Of a stretch of DNA of 51,814 nt, positions 8,630-16,950 are shown one piece after another. Each line of letters begins with the position of its first letter. Position 1 is the stretch's first letter. The translations under genes and the position numbers were made by a program. This stretch comes from a virus. Location: the IMG/VR virus record IMGVR_UViG_3300021255_000032, one strand, 5' to 3'. The notes beneath the pieces are model-generated. The model made no database searches and was not told where the DNA came from. It worked only from the letters and a program-made list of their open reading frames with translations.

Positions 8630-10115
8630 TATTACGCGATTTGAGGAAATGATGCGCTTCCTGCCTTGGTACTATCAAGACAGCGAAATTATGAACGGGA
8701 TTATGCAGGGCGACGCAAAAGAGATTGAGGCATTGCGGGCGGGGATTCTGTTTGTATTGGCTCAGTTATACGTTGACACCGCGACCGACTACGGCCTAAA
8801 GCTGTGGGAGCGTGAACTTGGGATTACACCCAAAGAAGGCGCGTCCATAGAATTGCGGCGGGCGCAGATTAAAGCGAAGCTGCAGATGGCCACAATTATG
8901 ACTCCGAAGCAGATTGAAAATATCGCGAACCTTTTCACCAAAGAAGGGCTGGCGCAAGTCTCGGAAGTTCCCAAAAGCTACCACTTTCACATCAAAGTAC
9001 CTTATACGGATTTGAAGTGGCCAAAGGAGCTGAAAGAGGCCATCAACAAAGCAAAGCCCGCGCACCTTGGTTACGATGTTATTTTGTCGTGGGGGCGGCG
9101 ATTTTTCCTCAATTGCGCCGGGGGCGTTGACCTTGTTGAGATTCCCGGCAGGGAATGGACAGAGACGCAGACTCATATCCTTTTTGACGACGGGCTGAAC
9201 GCAGCCGGGGAGACGGAAACCATCACCCACACCGAAACCACCACCACAGAGCATAGAGATTATGTTTATGGGGCGGGGACGGTAAACGGCAGATTGCAGC
9301 TAAACCGTACAGGGGAATTTTCCCGCGAAGAAAAGGACATGGGCGGGGAGGTTACAGAGCGTTGGAGCGTGTTTATCGGAGCGCGAACCAATTCGAGGGC
9401 GTCCCCTTCTACAAACAACGCAGCTAAAGAGGCTCGCAGTCGGACATATCACGTTGCAGACTGGCAGGAAGTTGAGAACCGCCACGGAAAAGCCTTGAAC
9501 GCGGCAGGCGGCGGCAAGATAAAACGCTGGACGACTACGGACACAAGAACGTGGACGGAAAAGCGGTACAAGAAACCCGCCCCATACTACGCCTTGAACA
9601 AGGCAGGGACAAAGACTGTCACCCGGCAGGACGTTGGGGAAGATGTGACCGTACAGGAAATTATCTTCAAGGGAGACACCACCAACGGCGGCAAGCCGGA
9701 AATGCGGCAGGAAGAAACCACTACAACGAAGATAACCCGTAATATTATCTTCTTGGACGGCGGGCGGCTGAATGCCAGAGGCGCGGCAAAGCTGAACGCG
9801 GCAGAGAGTCGGCAGGATAGCCAGACGGAAACGACAACGAAGGTCAACACCTTCTGCCTTTTCCACGGGGCTACCCTCAACGGCGGCTTGAAGGCAAACA
9901 GCGGTCAGCACGAAACCCGGCAGAAAACAATCCATATACCGAAGTGGCGCGATGTTATCAAGCGCAGCGGGGCGACCGTTACGAACAACACAAAGCACCA
10001 CAGCACAACGGTAGAGATTAAGCACACCATACCCGGCAGGACAGAAAAGAAGTTCAACCCGAAGCGGGGGACGCTCCTTAATAACCATGCCGTGTTGGGA
10101 TATATGACACTTTAG
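8619..10115 (+). CDS. XkdU/DUF2313-like tail protein with a repetitive C-terminal extension
   Basis: The N-terminal about 170 aa (MPNNITRFEEMMRFLPWYYQDSEIM...) resembles the XkdU-type baseplate protein. The C-terminal about 330 aa is built of three degenerate about 100-aa repeats, marked by (C/T)TGAACGC at 9195, 9495 and 9792. Confidence 0.6.
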   Translation: MPNNITRFEEMMRFLPWYYQDSEIMNGIMQGDAKEIEALRAGILFVLAQLYVDTATDYGLKLWERELGITPKEGASIELRRAQIKAKLQMATIMTPKQIENIANLFTKEGLAQVSEVPKSYHFHIKVPYTDLKWPKELKEAINKAKPAHLGYDVILSWGRRFFLNCAGGVDLVEIPGREWTETQTHILFDDGLNAAGETETITHTETTTTEHRDYVYGAGTVNGRLQLNRTGEFSREEKDMGGEVTERWSVFIGARTNSRASPSTNNAAKEARSRTYHVADWQEVENRHGKALNAAGGGKIKRWTTTDTRTWTEKRYKKPAPYYALNKAGTKTVTRQDVGEDVTVQEIIFKGDTTNGGKPEMRQEETTTTKITRNIIFLDGGRLNARGAAKLNAAESRQDSQTETTTKVNTFCLFHGATLNGGLKANSGQHETRQKTIHIPKWRDVIKRSGATVTNNTKHHSTTVEIKHTIPGRTEKKFNPKRGTLLNNHAVLGYMTL

Positions 10116-10131
10116 AAGGAGGATTCACAAG

Positions 10132-11781
10132 ATGAGTGAAAACATCGTCAGATACGCGGGGGACAGCACGACCCGCGAATTATGGGAGAATGGCCCTACG
10201 GCGGCTACTGGTTTTTCCAGAGTTTTAAGCCCCGGCCAGCGCAATTTCTCGATGGTGGCGTTTCAGCAGGCAAAGCCCCTGCTCGACTCCGAGCTGAACC
10301 TTGTTCAGCAGATTCAGAACAAGCTCAGAGCAGACCTTGTCAGAACGATGTTGAAACCGGGCATTATCACCCTCAACATGGAGACGAACATCACCGACAA
10401 GAAAAACACCGTTAGATTGTCGAACGGCCTTGCGAATATGAACGGTTGGTTCATTAACCTGTACGGCCAGAATAGAAACGACAATAAAAGCGATGTTATT
10501 TTCCCGGCAGCACCTTACAATGGCACCCGTGAGGATTTGGCTTTCCTCGAATGTTGGTTCGAGGAAGTTGCACCGACTGGAAGCCCAGAGGACGACAGCG
10601 AAAGCGTATACAAATACGGCGGCGTCAATTCCGGGACGGTAGCGAACGATATTCTCGACCCCACCGCCGAAGATGAAACCACGCGCCGGATTCAGCTCCG
10701 CTGGAACATTCGCACCGTAACCGATGTGAATTTCACAAACTATCCGAACGGCGTTGACAACAGCGCACGAGTCAAGGCGAAAGGCGGCAATAGCACCGAA
10801 ACAGATTATGCCTTCACTCATGTAGGCGACGGCCTGTACAGAGCAGGAGACGGCTCAAATGCGGCTTGCACGGCGTTATATTGCGTAGACGGGTATGTAT
10901 ATGCAATTCCGCTTATTCGTGCCCACAGGCGTAATCAGACGGCGTATGACGCAACGGAAAACCCCTACGGCGCACCGACATATGGTAGCGGCGTTGAGAT
11001 TCCTACGCGACTTTATCACGATGTTATCGACGCGCAGGACGTCCAGGTGCTTTTCCCGGTTGCCACGGCCTACCAGCAGGGCGGCGACTACGAGAGCGAA
11101 AAGACCATTATGAAAGAACTTTTTCAGCAGGTTCGGCAGCATGGCGTCGAGCTCGAGACTTGGAAAAATCAGCGGATTCAGCAGGGCGTGGCCATGATTT
11201 CAAACAAGTTTGTTATCAGCGGCGCGGTCGTGAACCCTATCGCAGGTACGCGCAATGTTAAGGTGACAAAGACCGGGACTTACACAGCGGGCAATTATTC
11301 CCTGCTTTATGTCGATGGCCATATCATCAGCATTACAGACACGCAGGACAGCGTAGCGGCAGTACCGACGAACGACACCGCCGAAAGCAAGACCTACTAC
11401 GCCTATATCGACGGCAGCGGGGAGACTTACACCGTACAGGTCGGCGCAGAAGTTCCCACGGGCAAGCTCGGCCTTTACCGTATCATTGTTCCGGCAGGAG
11501 ACAGCGCAGCTAACCTCAATTCTGTCTCCTTTACGGATATTCGCAGAGTCGAGAGTAATTACAGGAATTTCTACAACGTTCTCCCCACAACGCAGGTGGA
11601 TCTACCGTACAGCGCAATTGGCGAAAACTACGACGTAGATTTGACCGTAGAGAGCACGGCTCGCAACCGTAACACCGTTGTTGAGGTTACGCAGAAAACA
11701 GAGGATTTCTTTGTTATCACCAGCCGGGGCGAAGCGGATAACATTATGGTGCGCTGGACACTCAAGCAGCCCAAAGCGTAA
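10132..11781 (+). CDS. Tail fibre / XkdV-like structural protein
   Basis: 549 aa after the XkdU-like gene, with a strong AAGGAGG RBS. No motif recognised beyond position. Confidence 0.5.
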   Translation: MSENIVRYAGDSTTRELWENGPTAATGFSRVLSPGQRNFSMVAFQQAKPLLDSELNLVQQIQNKLRADLVRTMLKPGIITLNMETNITDKKNTVRLSNGLANMNGWFINLYGQNRNDNKSDVIFPAAPYNGTREDLAFLECWFEEVAPTGSPEDDSESVYKYGGVNSGTVANDILDPTAEDETTRRIQLRWNIRTVTDVNFTNYPNGVDNSARVKAKGGNSTETDYAFTHVGDGLYRAGDGSNAACTALYCVDGYVYAIPLIRAHRRNQTAYDATENPYGAPTYGSGVEIPTRLYHDVIDAQDVQVLFPVATAYQQGGDYESEKTIMKELFQQVRQHGVELETWKNQRIQQGVAMISNKFVISGAVVNPIAGTRNVKVTKTGTYTAGNYSLLYVDGHIISITDTQDSVAAVPTNDTAESKTYYAYIDGSGETYTVQVGAEVPTGKLGLYRIIVPAGDSAANLNSVSFTDIRRVESNYRNFYNVLPTTQVDLPYSAIGENYDVDLTVESTARNRNTVVEVTQKTEDFFVITSRGEADNIMVRWTLKQPKA

Positions 11782-11799
11782 GAAGGAGGTTATGGCTCA

Positions 11800-12198
11800 A
11801 TGTTTGTAAAGAAGGTTACAAAGAAATGGCGTAAATGTGAGTATGTACCGTACGGCGTAGTATGCAGCGTCCTTTTTGTCGGCACGGGCGAAAATACGGT
11901 AAGTATTGACCTCGAAGCTGAACAGTCAGACCGGGCAAAGTCAATCCGCATTGCGCAGGATTACAACGGTACGCTCGTTTTTGAAAACAGCAAGTACCGT
12001 ACGGCGTTGCTTTTGGATATCCCGCCGGAAAGAACGCGGCTCGTGGAAACCGGGGAACTCAACGAAAAAGACGAACCTATCAAGATTGTTGAAAAGATTC
12101 CCGTTGACGTTGACAATTGCTCGATTACTCTTTTCCCGTTGGAGTTCCCGCTTGAAAAAGAGGACGCAGGGCATACCAATAACAATACCGTTATGTGA
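11800..12198 (+). CDS. Hypothetical protein (tail fibre module)
   Basis: 132-aa ORF with a GAAGGAGG RBS, between the fibre gene and the DGR target gene. Confidence 0.4.
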   Translation: MFVKKVTKKWRKCEYVPYGVVCSVLFVGTGENTVSIDLEAEQSDRAKSIRIAQDYNGTLVFENSKYRTALLLDIPPERTRLVETGELNEKDEPIKIVEKIPVDVDNCSITLFPLEFPLEKEDAGHTNNNTVM

Positions 12199-12220
12199 GA
12201 GTTGAAAGGAGACTACAAAC

Positions 12221-13210
12221 ATGGAAAGTTTCATCATTGACAAAGACAGAAAAGCAGTAGAGCACGTTTCCGGCGGCAAAATGACGCTGATTTATGACAA
12301 CGCGGGTAACCCGTCTGTCATGTGTGTGATTCCGAAATTCCGCATGGAAGATGTTGACGCGAACCTTGGAACGGGCGTACACCCGGCTTTCCTGGTGCAC
12401 GGAAAAGAAGTGCCGGAAATTTTTATCTCGAAGTATCAGAACGTTATCGCAAACGGCAGAGCCTACTCGCTTGCGCATGAAGACCCGAAAGCCTACATCA
12501 CTTTTGACCAGTCGAAAGCAGCTTGCGACGCAAAAGGCCGGGGCTGGCACATTATGACTCGCGCAGAGTGGGCAGCTATTGCTTTGTGGTGCAAAGCTAA
12601 CGGCTTTATGCCTCGCGGCAACACGGCCTCCGGCAGAGCTTATGACGCCCTGCATGAATGCGGCGTTATGGGCGGCGACGCTCGCACCCTCACGGGCAGC
12701 GGTCCCGTGACGTGGAACCACGACAACACCCCGTACGGCATTAGCGACATGTGCGGTAACATCTGGGAATGGAACGACGGCATGAAGATTATTGATGGCC
12801 ATATCTACATTCACGGCGAAGATGGTGTAGCCATGAACAATTTCGACACCGCGAACATTGAAAACAATGTCAGCGGCTGGGTAAATACAAACGCTTTCTA
12901 CATGGGCGACGGTATGAAGATTGGCGCAGCTCGTGCCAACGCAAAGGGCTATGACGGCAACTTCAAAGACCTTGTAGCCAACAGCGGCTTTACGATTCCG
13001 AACACTCTTAAGCAGCTCGCGCTCGCTCCTACTACGGGCAACACGACTGACGACCATTTCTGGTGCAACACCGAAGGTGAGCGTATCCCGTTCTCGGGTG
13101 GCAATTGGAACCGCGGCTCGACTGCGGGCTTGTTCGTTTTGTCTTTGGACTACGTTCGTTCGCACTCGCACGGCGACATCGGTTTCCGCTCCGCTTATAT
13201 TGCGATTTGA
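12221..13210 (+). CDS. DGR target (variable) protein, FGE-sulfatase / C-type-lectin-fold receptor-binding candidate
   Basis: 329 aa. The VR occupies the last about 43 codons. FGE/CLec-like motifs are present (GWHIMTRAEWAAIALWC, CGNIWEWNDG, GGNWNxG...GFRSA). It is the last gene of the tail fibre module. Confidence 0.9.
   Translation: MESFIIDKDRKAVEHVSGGKMTLIYDNAGNPSVMCVIPKFRMEDVDANLGTGVHPAFLVHGKEVPEIFISKYQNVIANGRAYSLAHEDPKAYITFDQSKAACDAKGRGWHIMTRAEWAAIALWCKANGFMPRGNTASGRAYDALHECGVMGGDARTLTGSGPVTWNHDNTPYGISDMCGNIWEWNDGMKIIDGHIYIHGEDGVAMNNFDTANIENNVSGWVNTNAFYMGDGMKIGAARANAKGYDGNFKDLVANSGFTIPNTLKQLALAPTTGNTTDDHFWCNTEGERIPFSGGNWNRGSTAGLFVLSLDYVRSHSHGDIGFRSAYIAI
13082..13196 (+). repeat. DGR variable repeat (VR)
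   Basis: A 115-nt match to TR (offset 580 nt) with 12 mismatches, each at a TR adenine. It ends in the GC-rich GGTTTCCGCTCCGCTT (IMH-like). Confidence 0.95.
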
Positions 13211-13232
13211 CCCTTGATACTTGTGTTTTGCA

Positions 13233-13254
13233 GGGACGGGCGATAGCCCGTCCC
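13233..13254 (+). other. Hairpin downstream of VR (DGR retrohoming hairpin/cruciform candidate, possibly also a terminator)
   Basis: GGGACGGGC-GATA-GCCCGTCCC: a 9-bp GC-rich stem with a 4-nt loop, 22 nt after the target gene stop. The position matches the VR-proximal hairpin described for the Bordetella phage DGR. Confidence 0.6.
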
Positions 13255-13283
13255 CAGCTTTATAAATAAAACATTTTGAAAGG

Positions 13284-13628
13284 TTGAGAACAACGAACAA
13301 ACTAACCATAATTACAAAAACGAATGATTTACTAGACGAAATTTACGACGCAATAGCACAATATCCGAAGTCGGAAAAATTCGCATTGGGAGCAGACACC
13401 AAACAGACCGGATTAAACTTTTATAGGTTAATCATTACGGCGGCGAAGAAGTATTATAAGAAAACGACATTGAGGGACGCTGATGTAGAATTATTTGTAT
13501 TAAAGAATTTTATCCGTATGGGACATAACCGCAGATACATGAACACAAAACGCTACGAACGATTATCGCGGGCAATCGAAGAAGTAGGCAGAATGTTAGG
13601 CGGTTGGATTCAAACAACGGAAAAATAA
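13284..13628 (+). CDS. avd: DGR accessory variability determinant (Avd-like four-helix-bundle protein)
   Basis: 114 aa, basic, lying between VR and TR. Avd / 23S-rRNA-IVS-family style motif DEIYDAIAQYPKSEKFALGADTKQ. The start codon is uncertain (TTG 13284). Confidence 0.8.
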   Translation: MRTTNKLTIITKTNDLLDEIYDAIAQYPKSEKFALGADTKQTGLNFYRLIITAAKKYYKKTTLRDADVELFVLKNFIRMGHNRRYMNTKRYERLSRAIEEVGRMLGGWIQTTEK

Positions 13629-13661
13629 AAAATAAAAATATTATTGGGGAATAGCTATTTA

Positions 13662-13776
13662 CGTATCCCGTTATCGGGTGGCAATTGGAACAACGGCTCG
13701 AATGCGGGCTTGTTCGATTTGAATTTGAACAACGTTCGTTCGAACTCGAACGGCAACATCGGTTTCCGCTCCGCTT
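13662..13776 (+). repeat. DGR template repeat (TR)
   Basis: Non-coding copy of VR. In the VR frame it reads IPLSGGNWNNGSNAGLFDLNLNNVRSNSNGNIGFRSA with 10 AAY codons. By my count it has 24 adenines, 12 of them substituted in VR. Confidence 0.95.
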
Positions 13777-13979
13777 TACTTCACTCGTCAGAAGTTATAA
13801 CCTCATGGGGTTATATCCAGTACAGAAGTATTAAAGGAGTTATTCTCCATTATTGCAGGGGAAATATACTGCAATAAAAAAATAAAAACGGAACGATACA
13901 GTTAGTAGCTGACCGCGAAAAATGTATCGTTGTTTATGGTAGACAATATTTTAGTAACCCTAAAGGAAGTATTAAACAC
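13777..13979 (+). ncRNA. DGR RNA spacer between TR and RT (structured)
   Basis: No credible ORF. Two hairpins: 13796-13815 (7 bp) and AACGATACA/TGTATCGTT at 13892-13900 / 13923-13931 (9 bp). By analogy, the TR-RT spacer of characterised DGRs is part of the priming RNA. Confidence 0.5.
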
Positions 13980-15044
13980 ATGAAACGGATAAACCATATT
14001 TACAGTAAAATCTATGACTTTGAGAATTTATACGCGGCTTATATGGAAGCGCGGAAAGCGAAAAGGTATAGGCACGATGTTATGAGGTTCACAGCGAACC
14101 TCGAAGAAAATCTCATAGAGCTTCAAAACGAACTCATTTACAAGACTTACAAAGTAGGTCGGTACAATGAGTTTTTTGTTTATGACCCTAAGAAACGACT
14201 TATCATGTCCCTGCCTTTTCGGGACAGAGTTGTGCAATGGGCGATTTACCGCCAGATTAACCCGCTTTTCGATAAGCGATATATTTCAACCTCGTATGGT
14301 TGCAGAGTTGGCGGCGGCGCGCATAGAGCCGTGAAGAAGTTGAAGGAATACATCAGGGCGCAGCCGGGGACAGCTTACGTCCTAAAGATGGATATTAGCA
14401 AATATTTTTATCGCATAAACCATGATGTGCTGATGGGAACGCTTAGAGGCATGATAAAAGACGAAGATTTATTATGGCTTTTGGAAACCATTATACGCGG
14501 CGAACATGATTTTGGGATTGAGGTAGACGATTGGGATTATACAGGGCGACGGCTTTCTAATGTCGGTATGCCGATTGGAAATTTATCCTCACAGATGTTT
14601 GCTAATCTTTATCTTAATGCGGCAGACCATTTTGCCAAAGAAGTATTGAGATGTAAATATTATATCCGTTACATGGACGATATGGTTATCGTCGATACCG
14701 ATAAGAAACGATTGCGGGAAGTGTTGCGGGAAATGGACAGCTTTCTTGTCAATAAATTGGCGTTGAAGCTGAATAATAAAACCTGTATACGGACGGCAAC
14801 ACAGGGCGTTGACTTTTGCGGGTACAGAGTTTGGGGGACTCATATCCGTCTACGTAAAAAATCAGCGATAAAAATGAAACATAGGCTAAAACATCTGCAA
14901 AAAGAATTTTCCAAAGGGAGAATTAAAACGGACACGTTCAGAAATAGCCTAATGAGCTATATGGGAATGTTGGAGCATTGCGACTCCTATTCCTTAAAGA
15001 ACAAGATTTTTGATTCTATTGTTTTGACAAAAGGAGGAAGATAA
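13980..15044 (+). CDS. DGR reverse transcriptase
   Basis: 354 aa. Has the DGR-type motif PIGNLSSQMFANLYL and the catalytic YIRYMDDMVIV (YMDD). Immediately downstream of TR. Confidence 0.95.
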   Translation: MKRINHIYSKIYDFENLYAAYMEARKAKRYRHDVMRFTANLEENLIELQNELIYKTYKVGRYNEFFVYDPKKRLIMSLPFRDRVVQWAIYRQINPLFDKRYISTSYGCRVGGGAHRAVKKLKEYIRAQPGTAYVLKMDISKYFYRINHDVLMGTLRGMIKDEDLLWLLETIIRGEHDFGIEVDDWDYTGRRLSNVGMPIGNLSSQMFANLYLNAADHFAKEVLRCKYYIRYMDDMVIVDTDKKRLREVLREMDSFLVNKLALKLNNKTCIRTATQGVDFCGYRVWGTHIRLRKKSAIKMKHRLKHLQKEFSKGRIKTDTFRNSLMSYMGMLEHCDSYSLKNKIFDSIVLTKGGR

Positions 15045-15046
15045 TT

Positions 15047-15388
15047 ATGCTGAAAAAAATTCATTTCGCCGTTTTGGCGGTTATGTTGATGATAGGGCTT
15101 TTTACTACCCCGGCTTTTTGCTCGGCGGGAGGAATAGACAGGGACAAGCAAATGCACATCGGAGCAAGTGCGGCGGTCGAAGTCTTTATGGCTCATAATA
15201 AGCCGTTTAATAGCTGGGCACCTTGGCAGCGTTCTTTGTTTAATGTGGTTGTTATCGGCGGGGCGAAAGAACTATATGACAGCAGACACCCGGATAGACA
15301 TTCAGCGGATTGGGGCGATATTGGAGCAGACGCAATAGGGGCATTTGGAGCTGAAGGTATGATTTGGCTTGTTCATACAACGTGGTAA
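15047..15388 (+). CDS. Secreted/membrane protein, function unknown
   Basis: N-terminal signal-like MLKKIHFAVLAVMLMIGLFTTPAFCSAGG. 113 aa, between the RT and the holin. Confidence 0.5.
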   Translation: MLKKIHFAVLAVMLMIGLFTTPAFCSAGGIDRDKQMHIGASAAVEVFMAHNKPFNSWAPWQRSLFNVVVIGGAKELYDSRHPDRHSADWGDIGADAIGAFGAEGMIWLVHTTW

Positions 15389-15462
15389 TAGGAGAGGTTG
15401 AAAATATGGCAGAAAGAGCACCGCCGTGGAGGGCGGTTTTAGAAAAGTCAGGAGGAACGAAC

Positions 15463-15948
15463 ATGAACGAAGGGACAAAGGATATGAATAATGCCATTTT
15501 GGAGTTTTTGAAGTCACTTATTCCTGTACGGTTAGAGGCCGTATGGGGGGTGGTTGTGGGCGTGGTAGGAACATTTGCAAGTTACATTTGCGGAATGTGG
15601 AACAGTGCCATAGAAACACTTGTCATTCTCATGGTGCTTGACTATTTGAGCGGTATGCTGGCGGCCTGTATCAATCCCGGCTTAGCTCTTAATTCACAAA
15701 AAGGATTCAAAGGGATTGCCAGGAAACTATTTATTTTCATACTGGTAACAGTCGCCTATTTTATTGATTCACGTCTGGGCACCCACGAGATTTGTACGAT
15801 GACCACGTTCTTCTATATTGCCAATGAAGGTTTGTCGATTATAGAAAACGCAGCTAAAGCAGGTGTTCCAATCCCTAACGCGTTAAAAGATACGCTTGAG
15901 CAATTATCTCACGAGAAGAAAGCGCGAGAGAAAACGGAGGGAAAATGA
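15463..15948 (+). CDS. Holin (TcdE / phage_holin_4-like)
   Basis: Motifs LMVLDYLSGML...KGFKGIARKL...ANEGLSIIENAAKAGVPIPNAL. ATG 15463 follows GGAGGA 15451-15456 and is preferred over the track start 15364, which overlaps the upstream gene. Confidence 0.8.
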   Translation: MNEGTKDMNNAILEFLKSLIPVRLEAVWGVVVGVVGTFASYICGMWNSAIETLVILMVLDYLSGMLAACINPGLALNSQKGFKGIARKLFIFILVTVAYFIDSRLGTHEICTMTTFFYIANEGLSIIENAAKAGVPIPNALKDTLEQLSHEKKAREKTEGK

Positions 15949-16115
15949 ATGGTTTAGCATGGACAGAACTGTACGAAAAATTTTACGCGTTTGCCTACGT
16001 AGCAAGGCGGCAAGGTTTTTACCCGAAACAGATTCAAGAAATGGAATACTCATTATTTGAGATGTGTCCGTTTCCGAGAAATTACCGCCCCGACAAGCGA
16101 TGGAAAAGAAAATAA
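15945..16115 (+). CDS. Small hypothetical protein (56 aa, below the ORF-track cutoff)
   Basis: ATGA overlap with the holin stop. Product MNGLAWTELYEKFYAFAYVARRQGFYPKQIQEMEYSLFEMCPFPRNYRPDKRWKRK*. Confidence 0.35.
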   Translation: MNGLAWTELYEKFYAFAYVARRQGFYPKQIQEMEYSLFEMCPFPRNYRPDKRWKRK

Positions 16116-16171
16116 TAGAACCTCGCAAAGAAACAAGAGAACCTCGCAGAAACGAAAGGAGAAGAAGAAAA

Positions 16172-16900
16172 ATGAGTGTTGATATTAAAGAGACTGACCT
16201 CAGTTTTAACAGCTTATCCGAAAGAAGCTACACGGACATGGTCGTTATTCACCACACAGGCGGCAACGATATCGACGCCTCCGCCGAAGAAATCCACGGA
16301 TGGCATTTGAACAACGGCTGGGCGGGCATCGGTTACCACTATGTTATCCGAAAGGACGGCACTATTGAGCGCGGCAGACCGGAGTGGGCAATCGGCAGCC
16401 ACGCATACGGCGAAAACTCGCATACCATCGGTATTCACCTTTCCGGGGATTTTGAGAACGCAGAGCCGACGGCAGAGCAGCTTGACCGTTGCGGCGCACT
16501 TGTTTCAGACATCTGCGACCGCTACGGGATTCCCATTGACCGCGACCATATCGTAGGTCATGGAGAGCTTATGGCAACCTCTTGCCCCGGTACAAACCTG
16601 CAAGCCCTTCTTGACGATGGCACGATTACGGGGAAGGCCATCTTCTACTACAACCAGACGCACGGCATAGTAGACACCGCAGAGGCCGAAAACACCACCC
16701 CGGCAGAGCAGGACGGCGGCAAGCAGGGCGGCAGAGGCATGGAGCGATTCAATACCGTGGACGCTGTACCGGATTGGGCGAAACCGACGGTCGAAAAGAT
16801 GATTAGCAAAGGGCTGCTGCAGGGCAACGGCGAAAGCCTCGATCTATCCCTCGATATGCTCCGTACGTTTGTTATCAACGACCGGGCAGGACTTTATTGA
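16172..16900 (+). CDS. Endolysin: N-acetylmuramoyl-L-alanine amidase (Amidase_2/PGRP) with a C-terminal SLH-like domain
   Basis: Motifs VVIHHTGG...GWAGIGYHYVI...HTIGIHLSGDF...GHGELMATSCPG. The C-terminus FNTVDAVPDWAKPTVEKMISKGLLQGNG resembles an S-layer-homology motif. ATG 16172 is preferred over 16064. Confidence 0.9.
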   Translation: MSVDIKETDLSFNSLSERSYTDMVVIHHTGGNDIDASAEEIHGWHLNNGWAGIGYHYVIRKDGTIERGRPEWAIGSHAYGENSHTIGIHLSGDFENAEPTAEQLDRCGALVSDICDRYGIPIDRDHIVGHGELMATSCPGTNLQALLDDGTITGKAIFYYNQTHGIVDTAEAENTTPAEQDGGKQGGRGMERFNTVDAVPDWAKPTVEKMISKGLLQGNGESLDLSLDMLRTFVINDRAGLY

Positions 16901-16950
16901 GTTAGGCACGAGTTAAAAACGAGTTAAAAACGAGTTAGGAGGAATTAGTT

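Noticed and set aside
12191-13309. 372-aa minus-strand ORF covering the DGR target gene
   Set aside because: It is an antisense shadow of a well-supported + strand gene (RBS, FGE/CLec motifs, in-frame VR). Its translation is low-complexity and Arg/Val/Ala-rich, with no RBS or motif.
13644-13877. 77-aa ORF spanning the template repeat
   Set aside because: It is open only because TR copies the reading frame of VR (IPLSGGNWNNGSNAG...). TR is the non-coding template of the DGR. The ORF has no RBS and lies in an A/T-rich spacer.
13980-15044. Whether the RT could belong to a retron, a group II intron or an Abi-type defence RT
   Set aside because: A cognate TR/VR pair with adenine-only mismatches, an Avd-like gene and the IGNxxSQ motif identify a DGR. 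There is no intron RNA domain structure, maturase/endonuclease extension or msr/msd-like inverted repeats nearby.
16064-16171. Upstream extensions of track ORFs at 16064, 15364, 18212, 18548, 19341, 19691, 19885, 22059, 22678, 24405, 29354, 31778 and 38142
   Set aside because: In each case an internal start with a canonical AGGAGG-type RBS removes a long overlap with the upstream gene and begins at the conserved domain. The internal starts are used in the feature table.
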